From positions 1,152,001-1,216,000 of the forward strand of contig OY769902.1 of assembly GCA_963669175.1 (NCBI GenBank): a stretch of 64,000 nt of DNA. The letters are read 5' to 3'. The notes under the pieces are model-generated. The model was not told the DNA's origin and ran no database searches. It saw nothing but the letters and a program-made list of their open reading frames with translations. Position 1 is the stretch's first letter. Each line of letters starts with the position of its first letter. The translations under genes were made by a program, and so were the position numbers. Below, in pieces: positions 10,327 to 19,780 of the stretch. This stretch comes from a bacterium (GTDB lineage Bacteria; Electryoneota; Electryoneia; Electryoneales; Electryoneaceae).

Positions 10327-11757
10327 TTACTTTATCAAAGTGACCTTTCTTGTTAATGAATGCCTGCTATTCATCGTTGCTTGAATAAAGTATACTCCAC
10401 TGGCCAAATTGGCAGCATTGAACCGGAAAGTGTGCTGCCCGGATATGTACTCGCCGTGGGCAAGTTTCGCCACTTCGCGTCCCATGATATCGTAGATAAT
10501 TACCTGCAAATCTGCCTTTTGTGGCAGAGTGAGTGTAACTGAGGCGCCAGGGTTGAAGGGATTGGGATAGACACTGTTGATACAGAATGATTGGGGTTGA
10601 TCAGAACGAGTTTCCTCAACCGTATCATGCGTGGGATAAGTTGAAACCAATACTGGCGAAGCGGGAACGGCAACATCATAAATCAGGCATTCGTTAACTG
10701 TTGCGACAAGCAAGTATCCGTTGTATTGCGACAAGGCAACATCACGAGCCTGAGTTTCCATATCCTGGTGCCAGATCGGCCAGGGGATAGTATGATCCAG
10801 AAAATCGACAATGTAGAGTGCGTAGGTATTATCTTCCTGTTCCGGTTCCCAGGTAATCGGAATGATGGCATATTCATTGTCCCACTGGGCGACTGCATGG
10901 AAAGTCACCGTTGAACCATAGCCGCCTTCCTGCTGGAAAGTTCCGGCCATTGTAGGGGCCGATGGTGTAGAAAGATCCAAGATACCAAATTCACCGACCT
11001 CGCTTTGTGAGCGCAAGGTCAGCAAGTATGTCGCTTCAGGATCAGGAGGAAGCGACAGGTCATTTACCCAGCCGTTGTAGTGACCAATAGTCAAAGGGGA
11101 TGCGGAGTTCCACATATCCAGGATTGTAAGGCCATCCATCCGGCAACTCACATACAGGGAATACTCCCTGGCTTCCATACCTTTTATGATACCATCATGG
11201 GTGTAGGTGGCGATCTCGCTGAATGTATCCGGCCCCTGGAAATCAACGACCTGGATATTTGCACCTTCTGACAGGTACAAGCGTGAGGTTTCAGACGCTG
11301 GAGTCTCCTGGGCAAGCAGATCAACCGGGTAATCGCGATTTATATACGCGAGAATCAAATCTGATGGTTCTGAAATATCAATAACACATAACCCGGAATC
11401 ATCTTCTACCGTGATCAGGAAATCAGTACCATGCACTATCATCATGTCAGTGGGGCTTTTGGGAAGCCACAAGGTGTCCTGAAGAAGTGGAGTAGTCGGG
11501 TCAGTAACATCCAGCGCTACCAGCAGCCCCTTACCGGTCGTTAAAAATACACTTGATTCATGGACCAGCACATGCTCAAATTCGCCGTATTCCAGGCTGT
11601 CAAGTTCATCTCCAAAAAGATTGGCAGGTAAAAAAACAACGAAGAGTGGAAGAAGCAAGACAAAAGGAATGACGCCCTTGCATCGGCAGCAGTGCATGGT
11701 ATCCCCCCAACGGTCAACGTCCAGAATGTAGATCACGGTTCCCATGTCAAAAATCAT
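10327..11757 (-). CDS. LVIVD-repeat protein with T9SS CTD
   Basis: GLCVIDISEPS / GLTILDMWNSASP repeats; YPNPFN CTD. Confidence 0.78.
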   Translation of the reverse strand: MIFDMGTVIYILDVDRWGDTMHCCRCKGVIPFVLLLPLFVVFLPANLFGDELDSLEYGEFEHVLVHESSVFLTTGKGLLVALDVTDPTTPLLQDTLWLPKSPTDMMIVHGTDFLITVEDDSGLCVIDISEPSDLILAYINRDYPVDLLAQETPASETSRLYLSEGANIQVVDFQGPDTFSEIATYTHDGIIKGMEAREYSLYVSCRMDGLTILDMWNSASPLTIGHYNGWVNDLSLPPDPEATYLLTLRSQSEVGEFGILDLSTPSAPTMAGTFQQEGGYGSTVTFHAVAQWDNEYAIIPITWEPEQEDNTYALYIVDFLDHTIPWPIWHQDMETQARDVALSQYNGYLLVATVNECLIYDVAVPASPVLVSTYPTHDTVEETRSDQPQSFCINSVYPNPFNPGASVTLTLPQKADLQVIIYDIMGREVAKLAHGEYISGQHTFRFNAANLASGVYFIQATMNSRHSLTRKVTLIK

Positions 11758-11913
11758 CCTATCGCCAACTCAAGAAATGGCAATAAAACGGATTCGGACA
11801 AAAGAAAATACTTGTCCTGAGTGAAGAATGCTACTTGAAGTATGGAAAAAAGATGAAATTATCTGGATTCAGTTAGATTGGGCTCCATTTCCAAGGTTTT
11901 ATACGAAAAATGC

Positions 11914-12603
11914 CTACACAAACCTTTGTGACGGTCGTTTTCTCAGACTGAAGCTTGTCATCCAACCCGATACCAACGCCAGAATAACCACAGGCCAGGG
12001 AGTATTCAGCCAGTTCCAGAATTGATCTCCGATGGTGAAGATGCCAAACTTGTGAAACATGAGCAGGATCAGGGTGCCTGAATACGCAAAAGTAGGCCAG
12101 CGTGAATGAAGATATCCGACTTTGGGAATATACCACACGAAAAATGCAATGCCCCAAAGCCAATCGTATTGCGGCAGTCCCAGGGTCTGAAACAGGAACC
12201 AGCATCCGATCCAGTTTACAATAACCAGGGAATGCGCCAACAATGCGGACAACAGGAAAGAAAGGTTGATTCTGGATGATGATAACGGTAGCGCTGAAAG
12301 GATTCGTTTCGGATTCTTCGCAGTAGCCATTGTATTATTCCCGGCGCTGATCAAGTGCAGGATCAAAATAACACTGAATATCTTTTCCGGTTCTGTTTTT
12401 GATTCCACTTCACCGATCAAAGAAGCCGCCAGCAGGATAATTAATACCCCCAGGGACAGGGTCATCAACGGTACTGCCCAGGAACGTCTCAGTTCTGCAA
12501 GAATGATCCGATCCATGCTCGCCTCCATCGCAAGGTGAAAAATAGTGGGACACGGCCTGAGCCCGGTCCCGCACGTGAATTGTACGGGGGCCGTGCCCAC
12601 CAA
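11914..12603 (-). CDS. Membrane protein, putative ABC permease (true start probably ~12516, MDRII)
   Basis: Multiple TM segments, LPLS..R motif, last gene of the GntR-ABC operon. Confidence 0.65.
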   Translation of the reverse strand: MVGTAPVQFTCGTGLRPCPTIFHLAMEASMDRIILAELRRSWAVPLMTLSLGVLIILLAASLIGEVESKTEPEKIFSVILILHLISAGNNTMATAKNPKRILSALPLSSSRINLSFLLSALLAHSLVIVNWIGCWFLFQTLGLPQYDWLWGIAFFVWYIPKVGYLHSRWPTFAYSGTLILLMFHKFGIFTIGDQFWNWLNTPWPVVILALVSGWMTSFSLRKRPSQRFV

Positions 12604-12610
12604 CTCTTGT

Positions 12611-13231
12611 TTAGCCGCTGATCACGGAGTGCCGTGATGCAGAAAATCTCGCACCAGCATAGGTGACAATCAGAATGGCAAGGCTGAGAATCGCTATGAA
12701 TATCGTACTTGAAATAATATCCACAATTCGGCTCACGTACAGATCCAGTCTGTCCATCACCAGCAAAATCAGGGCGATACCGACAACAACCCCATAAATC
12801 TTGCTGATCCATTTGTGGAATAGTGCGGCGCTAATCATCAGAACACCAAACAGATATCCGGAGATTGCAAGCGTGATTCTTATTTCCGGATCATGTTGCA
12901 TCGCAATGGCATACGTGATCACAAGGGTGATCAGTGCGGGCCATGTTGCGATAATCCCGCTAAGGAAGTAGGTGAACCGCAACCGGGTGCGTGAAATTGG
13001 AAGCGTGTGGACCAGCCTGACACCCTTGTGGTGCTTGAAGTGTTGCAGCCAGAATGCGGCCGGAACCAGGCCAAGCGTTAATGTCATTCCCAGGAACGTG
13101 CCCGGAGAACCGGGATTGTCCTCCAGCCAGTACACCGAAAGCACAACCGCAGCAACCTGCGCACATAGCATCGCGCTTATCAGATGTGTTTTCACCTGGG
13201 CACGGAATTCACTCCACAACAGGCTGCCCAT
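12611..13231 (-). CDS. Membrane protein, putative ABC-2 permease
   Basis: Hydrophobic, TLPISR motif, overlaps the ATPase gene. Confidence 0.7.
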   Translation of the reverse strand: MGSLLWSEFRAQVKTHLISAMLCAQVAAVVLSVYWLEDNPGSPGTFLGMTLTLGLVPAAFWLQHFKHHKGVRLVHTLPISRTRLRFTYFLSGIIATWPALITLVITYAIAMQHDPEIRITLAISGYLFGVLMISAALFHKWISKIYGVVVGIALILLVMDRLDLYVSRIVDIISSTIFIAILSLAILIVTYAGARFSASRHSVISG

Positions 13232-14099
13232 GGCTCTTTCCTTTCAGAATGTTCACCGCGATCTCTTCCAGCGTCAATGGTGTGGCGGTAATCTGGTTGA
13301 AACCTGCCTCGTGCAACGATTGAAGTGTCTGGTCGCCATTGTGGGAGACAAGAACCCATTCGTGTGCATTCTTCTTTGCCGTGTACACACATTCCAAACC
13401 ATCCGGAAGTTTCTCTGTTCTGATGGCAAACTTCCGCCAGGTATCCAGCAAGTCATCCTTTGGTGTTTTGGCAATGATCTGTCCATTCACCAGGAAAACC
13501 AGTTCATCCGCGAGCTTGTGAAGGTCATCAAGGATGTGGGTAGAATAGAGGATAGTCATATCTTCTTTTTCCATCATCTCCCACAGAACCTCAAAAACTT
13601 CGGTGCGAACCATCGGGTCCAGCCCGGCAGTAGGTTCGTCAAAAAGCGCCAGTTTCGGTCGGTGAGCCAGCGCACCAATGAGAGCGAGCTTCAGTCGATT
13701 GCCCTTGGAAAGGTGTTTTACCTTCTTTTTCAGATCAAGGGTAAATCGTTGCGCTAATTCAGTAGTAAAACTGTCTGACCAGGACGGATAAAAACCCTTC
13801 ATAAATTTCAGGTAAGCGTTCCCGGTCATGAATTCATAGAAAACCGGATCATCCGAGACATACCCGATAGGCTCTTTCCACTTGCCATCATGGGGAGATG
13901 CAGGGATATCGGCTACATCAAATCCACCTGCATCCGGTGCAAGGTTACCTGCGATGCAGCGCAATGTAGTAGTCTTGCCGGAGCCGTTTGGCCCAACGAG
14001 ACCGTATACACGCCCGGGTTCTAGCGTCAATGATAGAGGTCCAAGGGTAAACTGTTTGAACCGGATCTTCAGTTTGTTCAAGGTCAACGCTGCATTCAT
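13209..14099 (-). CDS. ABC transporter ATP-binding protein (YtrB-like)
   Basis: GPNGSGKTT, LSKG, FDEPTAGLD and STH motifs. Confidence 0.92.
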   Translation of the reverse strand: MNAALTLNKLKIRFKQFTLGPLSLTLEPGRVYGLVGPNGSGKTTTLRCIAGNLAPDAGGFDVADIPASPHDGKWKEPIGYVSDDPVFYEFMTGNAYLKFMKGFYPSWSDSFTTELAQRFTLDLKKKVKHLSKGNRLKLALIGALAHRPKLALFDEPTAGLDPMVRTEVFEVLWEMMEKEDMTILYSTHILDDLHKLADELVFLVNGQIIAKTPKDDLLDTWRKFAIRTEKLPDGLECVYTAKKNAHEWVLVSHNGDQTLQSLHEAGFNQITATPLTLEEIAVNILKGKSHGQPVVE

Positions 14100-14302
14100 G
14101 AGGCACCCCCCTGTGAAAACAAGGCTTCCAACTGCTTTTCCATCTGGTTCTCACTCATCCCCATCGCCCTGGCTTCGTTTACCAGCCGACGAGCCGCCAT
14201 TTGAAAAATCCTGTCCGGTGGAAGCCCCAGGTCCAACGGCCCCAGTACAACTCGCAGATATCGGACATCCGTGTCCTTTTTACTCGTATCGCTAGTTGTC
14301 AT
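14096..14302 (-). CDS. Small protein resembling the YtrA C-terminal helix
   Basis: Overlaps both neighbours; LVNEARAMGMS resembles LMEALAMGLT in the adjacent GntR. Confidence 0.6.
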   Translation of the reverse strand: MTTSDTSKKDTDVRYLRVVLGPLDLGLPPDRIFQMAARRLVNEARAMGMSENQMEKQLEALFSQGGAS

Positions 14303-14681
14303 CTTGCTTCCTCCCGGCTAAAAGATCCTGGACGATTGCTTGGACTTGTCTCGGAGTGAGGCCCATGGCCAGCGCTTCCATCAAAGGGCGCTGCAGGGAA
14401 TCACGGACACGATCTTCGGCCAACTGGGAACGGTTTGCCTCGGAAATCGGCGCCACGAAATACCCTTTTCCCTGGCGGGCATAAATGAATCCCTCGCGTT
14501 CCAGATCTTCAAACGCACGCTGAACCGTAACCACACCCACACGCACCTCTTTTGCCAGTCCACGGATAGAGGGGAGCTGTTCATGCTCGGCAAGCTGGCC
14601 GCTGAGGATAGCCTCACGCACCTGCCGCACGAGCTGATCTCGTAATGGAATCGATGACATCTCTGAAAGATTGAACAACAT
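14292..14681 (-). CDS. GntR-family regulator, YtrA subfamily
   Basis: LPSIRGLA...TVQRAFEDLEREG..RQGKGYFV; short C-terminus; ATG 14681 with GGAGAGG RBS. Confidence 0.92.
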   Translation of the reverse strand: MLFNLSEMSSIPLRDQLVRQVREAILSGQLAEHEQLPSIRGLAKEVRVGVVTVQRAFEDLEREGFIYARQGKGYFVAPISEANRSQLAEDRVRDSLQRPLMEALAMGLTPRQVQAIVQDLLAGRKQDDN

Positions 14682-14691
14682 TTCCTCTCCA

Positions 14692-14716
14692 ACTGTACTC
14701 ACTTAAAGAGTACAGT
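14692..14716. promoter_or_regulatory. Putative YtrA-type operator
   Basis: ACTGTA-N13-TACAGT palindrome immediately upstream of the GntR RBS; same spacing as the B. subtilis YtrA box AGTGTA-N13-TACACT. Confidence 0.72.
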
Positions 14717-14840
14717 GAATACAGTTGAAAGTCAAGGGGTAGGGGAGTAATACCGAGAACGATGGTTCAAGAGGAGGTTGGTTTAGAAAAGGATAAGCAC
14801 TAGTACATCATTGAAAAGGAGGGCTATCATCTTAAAATTA

Positions 14841-15176
14841 TTGGCTGCTCACAAGAATTTGTGCATATTATCGACGAGCACGTTTCGTCAGGTCTTGACG
14901 TGATGCCTTTTTCTTGTTCTTCTCCGCAATTTCAGACACCTGTCCGTCTTCACAGCTGCTATTTCGCATGATAGATCGTCATAAGGCATCACATTGTGAC
15001 CTGACGATAGGGAGAGTGCTGATACCGGTGGCAGGTCACAACGCGACAATAACAGGACGAGAGGTGGTTTCAGTATCATATGCATTCAGCAATACATTGC
15101 GAAAGCCGAAAACGGAATGTCGCGTCAAGACCTGCCACAACTTTGCCCGGATGCACAAATTCTTGTGAGGAACCAA
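14841..15176. mobile_element. MITE family B, complete copy
   Basis: About 26-bp TIRs (ttggctgctcacaagaatttgtgcat / atgcacaaattcttgtgaggaaccaa); internal tgtgacctg...caggtcaca palindrome. Confidence 0.75.
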
Positions 15177-15190
15177 ATTATTTAAAATAA

Positions 15191-15216
15191 ACCCCGCCGG
15201 ACAAGCCGGACGGGGC
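15191..15216 (-). terminator. Terminator of the porV-like gene
   Basis: GC hairpin ccccgtccggcttgtccggcgggg followed by ttttatttt on the minus strand. Confidence 0.6.
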
Positions 15217-15252
15217 CAATAGTGTTGCGTAATGAAATCCAGCGTTACAAAA

Positions 15253-16185
15253 CTACCAGAGGAAACTCAGGCTCAGCCGCTGTGTGTTTCCCAGGTCGTA
15301 ATCGAAGGGGGAATAGCCATAATCGAATTTCCAGGCGCGCCAGTGCAGGCCGAACCCGAAGGACAGGTCTCGAGCTTCGTAGCCGGTGGCATACCCGCCA
15401 CGCAGGGCGACCATGTTTCCGATTTCCAGTTCAAGAGCGCCACGGACGGACAGATCCTGATCCAGCACCTGTACCGCATCCACCATGATCGTCGGCGCTA
15501 CCATGCCAAACGTGCCGACATGCCAGGCTGCCCCGGCAGAATAGGTAGTCGGCAGGTCATAAGCTTCACTGATCATGGCGTCCATGGATCCCATGTGACG
15601 CGCTGTGGCGGCCAGATCCAGGCGTCCCTCGAACAAACCGGCTTTCAGCAGGCCGGCATCGAACGCCCAACCGTGGGTATCGTAAATGTAGATAGCGTCA
15701 CTGAGGTAACGTGCGGTGACACCCATGCGGATGCCGTAGAACATTTCGCGTGAGGCGCTCAGGCCGATCGCGTAGCTGCGTGCATCAAAAGTGCCGATGG
15801 GAGAAGCGGAGGGGTTGTCACGCAGTTCCATGTTACTGGTGCCGACATGCAGGATCGAGCCGCCCAGACCCCACTTACCCGCTTGCATCTCGCCGGAAAC
15901 ATACTGCGATGAAGTGCCCTTGATCCAGTCGACATACATGACTTCCAGACCGGAGCCATCTTTACCGACCGCAGCCGGATTCCAATAGGTAGCGGTTGGG
16001 CCTTGTACAGTCGCGGTGACAGCTTCACCGAGCGCAGCCGCACGTCCCCCCGGGCCGATCTCCAGCCAGGAAGCGCCCACTTCACCCAATGCCATACCTG
16101 AAACCAGCAAACACCCGATAAGGGCTAGTAAGAAATACCGTGTCATCCTCATCCTCGAGAGAGTTTGGAGCCGAAAAGCAACCAT
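15253..16185 (-). CDS. PorV/PorQ-family outer-membrane barrel (T9SS-associated)
   Basis: LEIGPGGRAAALGEA...YWNPA N-terminus, LRGGY, FDYGY, terminal aromatic residue. Confidence 0.82.
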   Translation of the reverse strand: MVAFRLQTLSRMRMTRYFLLALIGCLLVSGMALGEVGASWLEIGPGGRAAALGEAVTATVQGPTATYWNPAAVGKDGSGLEVMYVDWIKGTSSQYVSGEMQAGKWGLGGSILHVGTSNMELRDNPSASPIGTFDARSYAIGLSASREMFYGIRMGVTARYLSDAIYIYDTHGWAFDAGLLKAGLFEGRLDLAATARHMGSMDAMISEAYDLPTTYSAGAAWHVGTFGMVAPTIMVDAVQVLDQDLSVRGALELEIGNMVALRGGYATGYEARDLSFGFGLHWRAWKFDYGYSPFDYDLGNTQRLSLSFLW

Positions 16186-16495
16186 GGGAGTTTTCCTCTG
16201 CGAAACGTGTTGCTACACCATACTACGCGCAAATGGCCAACTTTCTCCCATGTCCTGTTTTTCGACTCCTCTACACAACTAAAGTACGTTATCTGAGGCG
16301 ATGGTGCAATCGGAGTTAAGCAGCGTTCGCAACCATGAGTCGAGGCAGAACAGGATAGGTAGCCTGGTTGTCTTATAAACCTGTGTACCCCACTAATGAG
16401 CAGTCGGGCCAAAAGCACTATTGCTCGTCAGTGATATCATCCTGGATTACAGAAGCAACAAATCAGGCTGGAAAGAGATGCTCACGAGCGAAAAA

Positions 16496-16775
16496 TTGGG
16501 TTCCTCACAAGAATAGGCGCACTGAGGTAGCGTTGTGGCAGGTCTTGGCGCGATATGATTATGCTCTACTGTTGGCATGTGCTGGTCGATGAGATTGCTC
16601 TACACAATACAGATATCGCGTTGTGACCTGCCACGTGTTTCAGAGCCGACGTCAGGTCACAATGTGATGCACGTGACTTCTTCCAAACGGAAAAACGACG
16701 ATCATCGAAAGCCCTTCGGACTGCTTCAGAACAGGAAACCTGCATCACATCAAGACCTGACGCAACTTGACGAAA
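16496..16775. mobile_element. MITE family B, diverged inverted copy
   Basis: ttgggttcctcacaagaat end, gttgtgacctg...caggtcacaat core. Confidence 0.65.
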
Positions 16776-16785
16776 ATATAGAGAA

Positions 16786-17118
16786 TTGCAGGCCATGTTG
16801 TGGCAAATGCAAAACAGGGGGAAGAAGAACTCCGAGACTAGTGTATATGTTCCAACAGAATACAAACTTTGTGATCCCTATCCAAATCCATTCAACAGCA
16901 GTGTAAACATAACGGTAGAGCTTCCTACAAACAGCCATATAGAGATAAAACTGTTCAATGTTCTGGGTCGTTTGGTTCAGAATGTACATGTCGGGAAACT
17001 AAAAACAGGTGTTCATAATTTTCATGTGCATGGTGAAAATCTAGCTTCCGGTGTGTATTTTATTACCATGGAGGCGAAGAATTTTACAGCGACAAAGAAG
17101 CTCGTTCTGTTGAAGTGA
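16786..17118 (+). pseudogene. Orphan T9SS CTD fragment
   Basis: YPNPFN...LASGVYF...KLVLLK only; no signal peptide or passenger domain; directly follows the MITE. Confidence 0.6.
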
Positions 17119-17128
17119 GGTAATTGGG

Positions 17129-19438
17129 TTGTATAAGACTTCCTGGAAAAAGAGTTTACTTTTTCTGTTTCCTGTCTTGTTCGGGTTTATTGGCGCGCTG
17201 CATGCTGAGACCCGAATGAGGCAGGATAACGGGGTGGAATGGCTGGGTGACTTTTTAACCAGCCATGATGACTATTTCTCATTCGTAGAGTATCCCTACA
17301 TTTATGTCTGTGACAATTATGGTGTCCGATTGCATGAGATTGTGCAGGACGGCGCCACCACCATCGAATTTCGAGACATGCTTCCCGGTCACGCTTATAA
17401 CGAAGGTGAGCTGTTCTGGGTGAAGGATGGCATGGTGGTGTGGGGCAGTGAAGAGCTGAATATCGCGCACCGGGAGGACAACGAACTCATTGTTGACTAC
17501 CAGGCTTTCTGGAGTGACCGATTGTCCTGGGGCTGTGATATTTCAGACAATAACCTGCTGATTACGAACAATGGCATTCTTGATGTCTCCGATCCGACCG
17601 CGCCATACCTGTGGAGCAACAACATAACGGTTTCAACTTCGTCCATCATTGTGGGAGACAGGTTGTTCAAGTGCAGTTCTGTGTCAACACCGCCTCTGAT
17701 CGTATATGACATATCCGATCCGGACAACCCTGTAGAGGTGGATGGCGCTAATGGACATTTTGGCACCTTTGACCATCTTTACAGACCGCAGCACATCAAT
17801 AATACCCTTGCATTTTTTACCATGGACGGTATAGAGTTTGTATTTCTGGATGACTCACTGAATATCGACCATACCCAGTTCTGGGATTATTATGCCATTT
17901 ACGAACCCTATCCAACCTTCTATCCGGATGGATTTTGCGTATTGCATGACAGTTTGTATGTTTTATTTGTTTACGAGACAAATGCCAGCTTCAATCGTTA
18001 TCCTCGAGTATACCTCTTCGATCCCGATGAATCGGAAGGAGATGTGGATGTGATGACGGTCAATCTTCCCGGGACCTGGGGAAGAAATCACGAATATCTT
18101 GGGTACGGTCGAGGTTGCCACGCTGATGGAAGGTGGTTATTTATAAATCAACTAGGTATTGTGCGGTTATACAGTTTTTATGACATAACAGCTCCGTTCT
18201 ATGTGTATGATTCAACAGATCTGTATCCAGCTCCCGGTAGAACTTCAGCATTCAGACATGTTTGTTTGACTGACACTCTACTCGTGACGGAAACCGGTGA
18301 CAATGTGTTTTCTCTGATGCAGTTGAACACTGGAGGTGCTTTACAGAAGTTGGGCTTTTTTGAACCTTCAGGACGCGAAGGTACAATACATTATGGTGAT
18401 ATAAAGGATTCAACGATCGTATTCAGCGCCGATCGCGATGCTGGTAGATTATTTGTATTTGAGATACAAGCCGACAGCACGATAGAAGAGCAGTATACCT
18501 TTATGGATGGTGGAGATGAAAGAGGATGGATACTCTCGCTTGACAGGGTTTCGGATCAACTGCTTTGCGCGGTGAACTGTAATCATGATCTCAGGTTGTA
18601 CCGACTGGATGAAACAGAAGCTGTACCTGTATACGAAGATACAGTCGGTACCCCCCTGAACGCCGAATGGGTTGGCGATAGCCTGTTCTGTGTTATTGGC
18701 GATGGTAACTTGAGGATTGCCTGGTACAGGCTACAGGATGATACATCCCTGGTTCTGATTGACTCCGTTGGTTTTGGTGGCGCGATTCCAACGTACAGGC
18801 AACCTTTCATCAGTGGTGACCGTCTGGCTGTTGGACCGTTTCTCTTCTCGATTGAAAACAACGAACTTACCCTGCTGCACCGGTTTGAGTATGGCCCACG
18901 GAATGTGTGGCAAGAAGCAGTTGATCTGGACGGTGATCGACTATTAATCCACGTTTGGCGGGAAGTTGGCCACAGCCTTGCCATCCTTGATCTTTCCGAG
19001 GGCAGTTATACAGATTCAGTTGCGTTTGTTATGAATGGAACCCGCGCCGCTCAACTGGTTGGAGATACGCTCTGGGCCTGGAGCGATTATGCGCTGATGA
19101 AGTTCCTGGTTACAGGTGATTTTGTCGATGTTTTGGATGAACCTGTTCCTGAACCTGATAACATGACGTTTCAATTGCAGTCCGTTTACCCCAACCCGTT
19201 CAATTCGGATGCCCATGTTCTCTTCACATTGCCGCAAGCAGCAGATGCGAAGGTCACCGTCTTTAATATCCTCGGTCAGCATGTGGCAACCTTGCTGGAT
19301 CAACGGATGAATGCCGGTGAATATCATATCATCTGGAATGGCGCCACTGCGAGCGGAGTTGCCCCGTCAGGCGTATACTTTATCCGGGCAGAGTGTAACC
19401 GGCAAGTGCAGGTTCAGAAGGCTATGCTGATACGGTAG
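17129..19438 (+). CDS. Secreted beta-propeller/LVIVD-like protein with T9SS CTD
   Basis: Signal peptide, ILDVSDP / VYDISDP repeats, YPNPFN CTD. Confidence 0.8.
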   Translation: MYKTSWKKSLLFLFPVLFGFIGALHAETRMRQDNGVEWLGDFLTSHDDYFSFVEYPYIYVCDNYGVRLHEIVQDGATTIEFRDMLPGHAYNEGELFWVKDGMVVWGSEELNIAHREDNELIVDYQAFWSDRLSWGCDISDNNLLITNNGILDVSDPTAPYLWSNNITVSTSSIIVGDRLFKCSSVSTPPLIVYDISDPDNPVEVDGANGHFGTFDHLYRPQHINNTLAFFTMDGIEFVFLDDSLNIDHTQFWDYYAIYEPYPTFYPDGFCVLHDSLYVLFVYETNASFNRYPRVYLFDPDESEGDVDVMTVNLPGTWGRNHEYLGYGRGCHADGRWLFINQLGIVRLYSFYDITAPFYVYDSTDLYPAPGRTSAFRHVCLTDTLLVTETGDNVFSLMQLNTGGALQKLGFFEPSGREGTIHYGDIKDSTIVFSADRDAGRLFVFEIQADSTIEEQYTFMDGGDERGWILSLDRVSDQLLCAVNCNHDLRLYRLDETEAVPVYEDTVGTPLNAEWVGDSLFCVIGDGNLRIAWYRLQDDTSLVLIDSVGFGGAIPTYRQPFISGDRLAVGPFLFSIENNELTLLHRFEYGPRNVWQEAVDLDGDRLLIHVWREVGHSLAILDLSEGSYTDSVAFVMNGTRAAQLVGDTLWAWSDYALMKFLVTGDFVDVLDEPVPEPDNMTFQLQSVYPNPFNSDAHVLFTLPQAADAKVTVFNILGQHVATLLDQRMNAGEYHIIWNGATASGVAPSGVYFIRAECNRQVQVQKAMLIR

Positions 19439-19464
19439 TCCTTGTCCCGACACACGCAGTCTGG

Positions 19465-19702
19465 TCACCCGCATATTTACTCCGGAAGGAGTAACCTAAT
19501 AAATATCAAAAGTATACAGTGGCAATATTCAGGCAACCCGCTGCCGGGGTTGGCAAGTAGCGTACATTTTATTCCCACCGTGAGCGCCAAACAGACGGCG
19601 CTGGACGGTGGGCTGATACAGAGAACCACTGCCGTGGTTCTTGTACTGGCCATTCCATCAAATACCACATTTGAAATTGCATTGATGAAATATTCGGGCG
19701 AA
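19465..19702. mobile_element. MITE family A, short copy
   Basis: Reverse complement of 7627-7850; ends atgaaatattcgggcgaa. Confidence 0.65.
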
Positions 19703-19780
19703 AAATACGGGCAACATCTGATGATCGTGGTTCTGTGTTTTGGGTGAAGAGCAAGTCGGGTATGAGCTACAACTGCAGCA

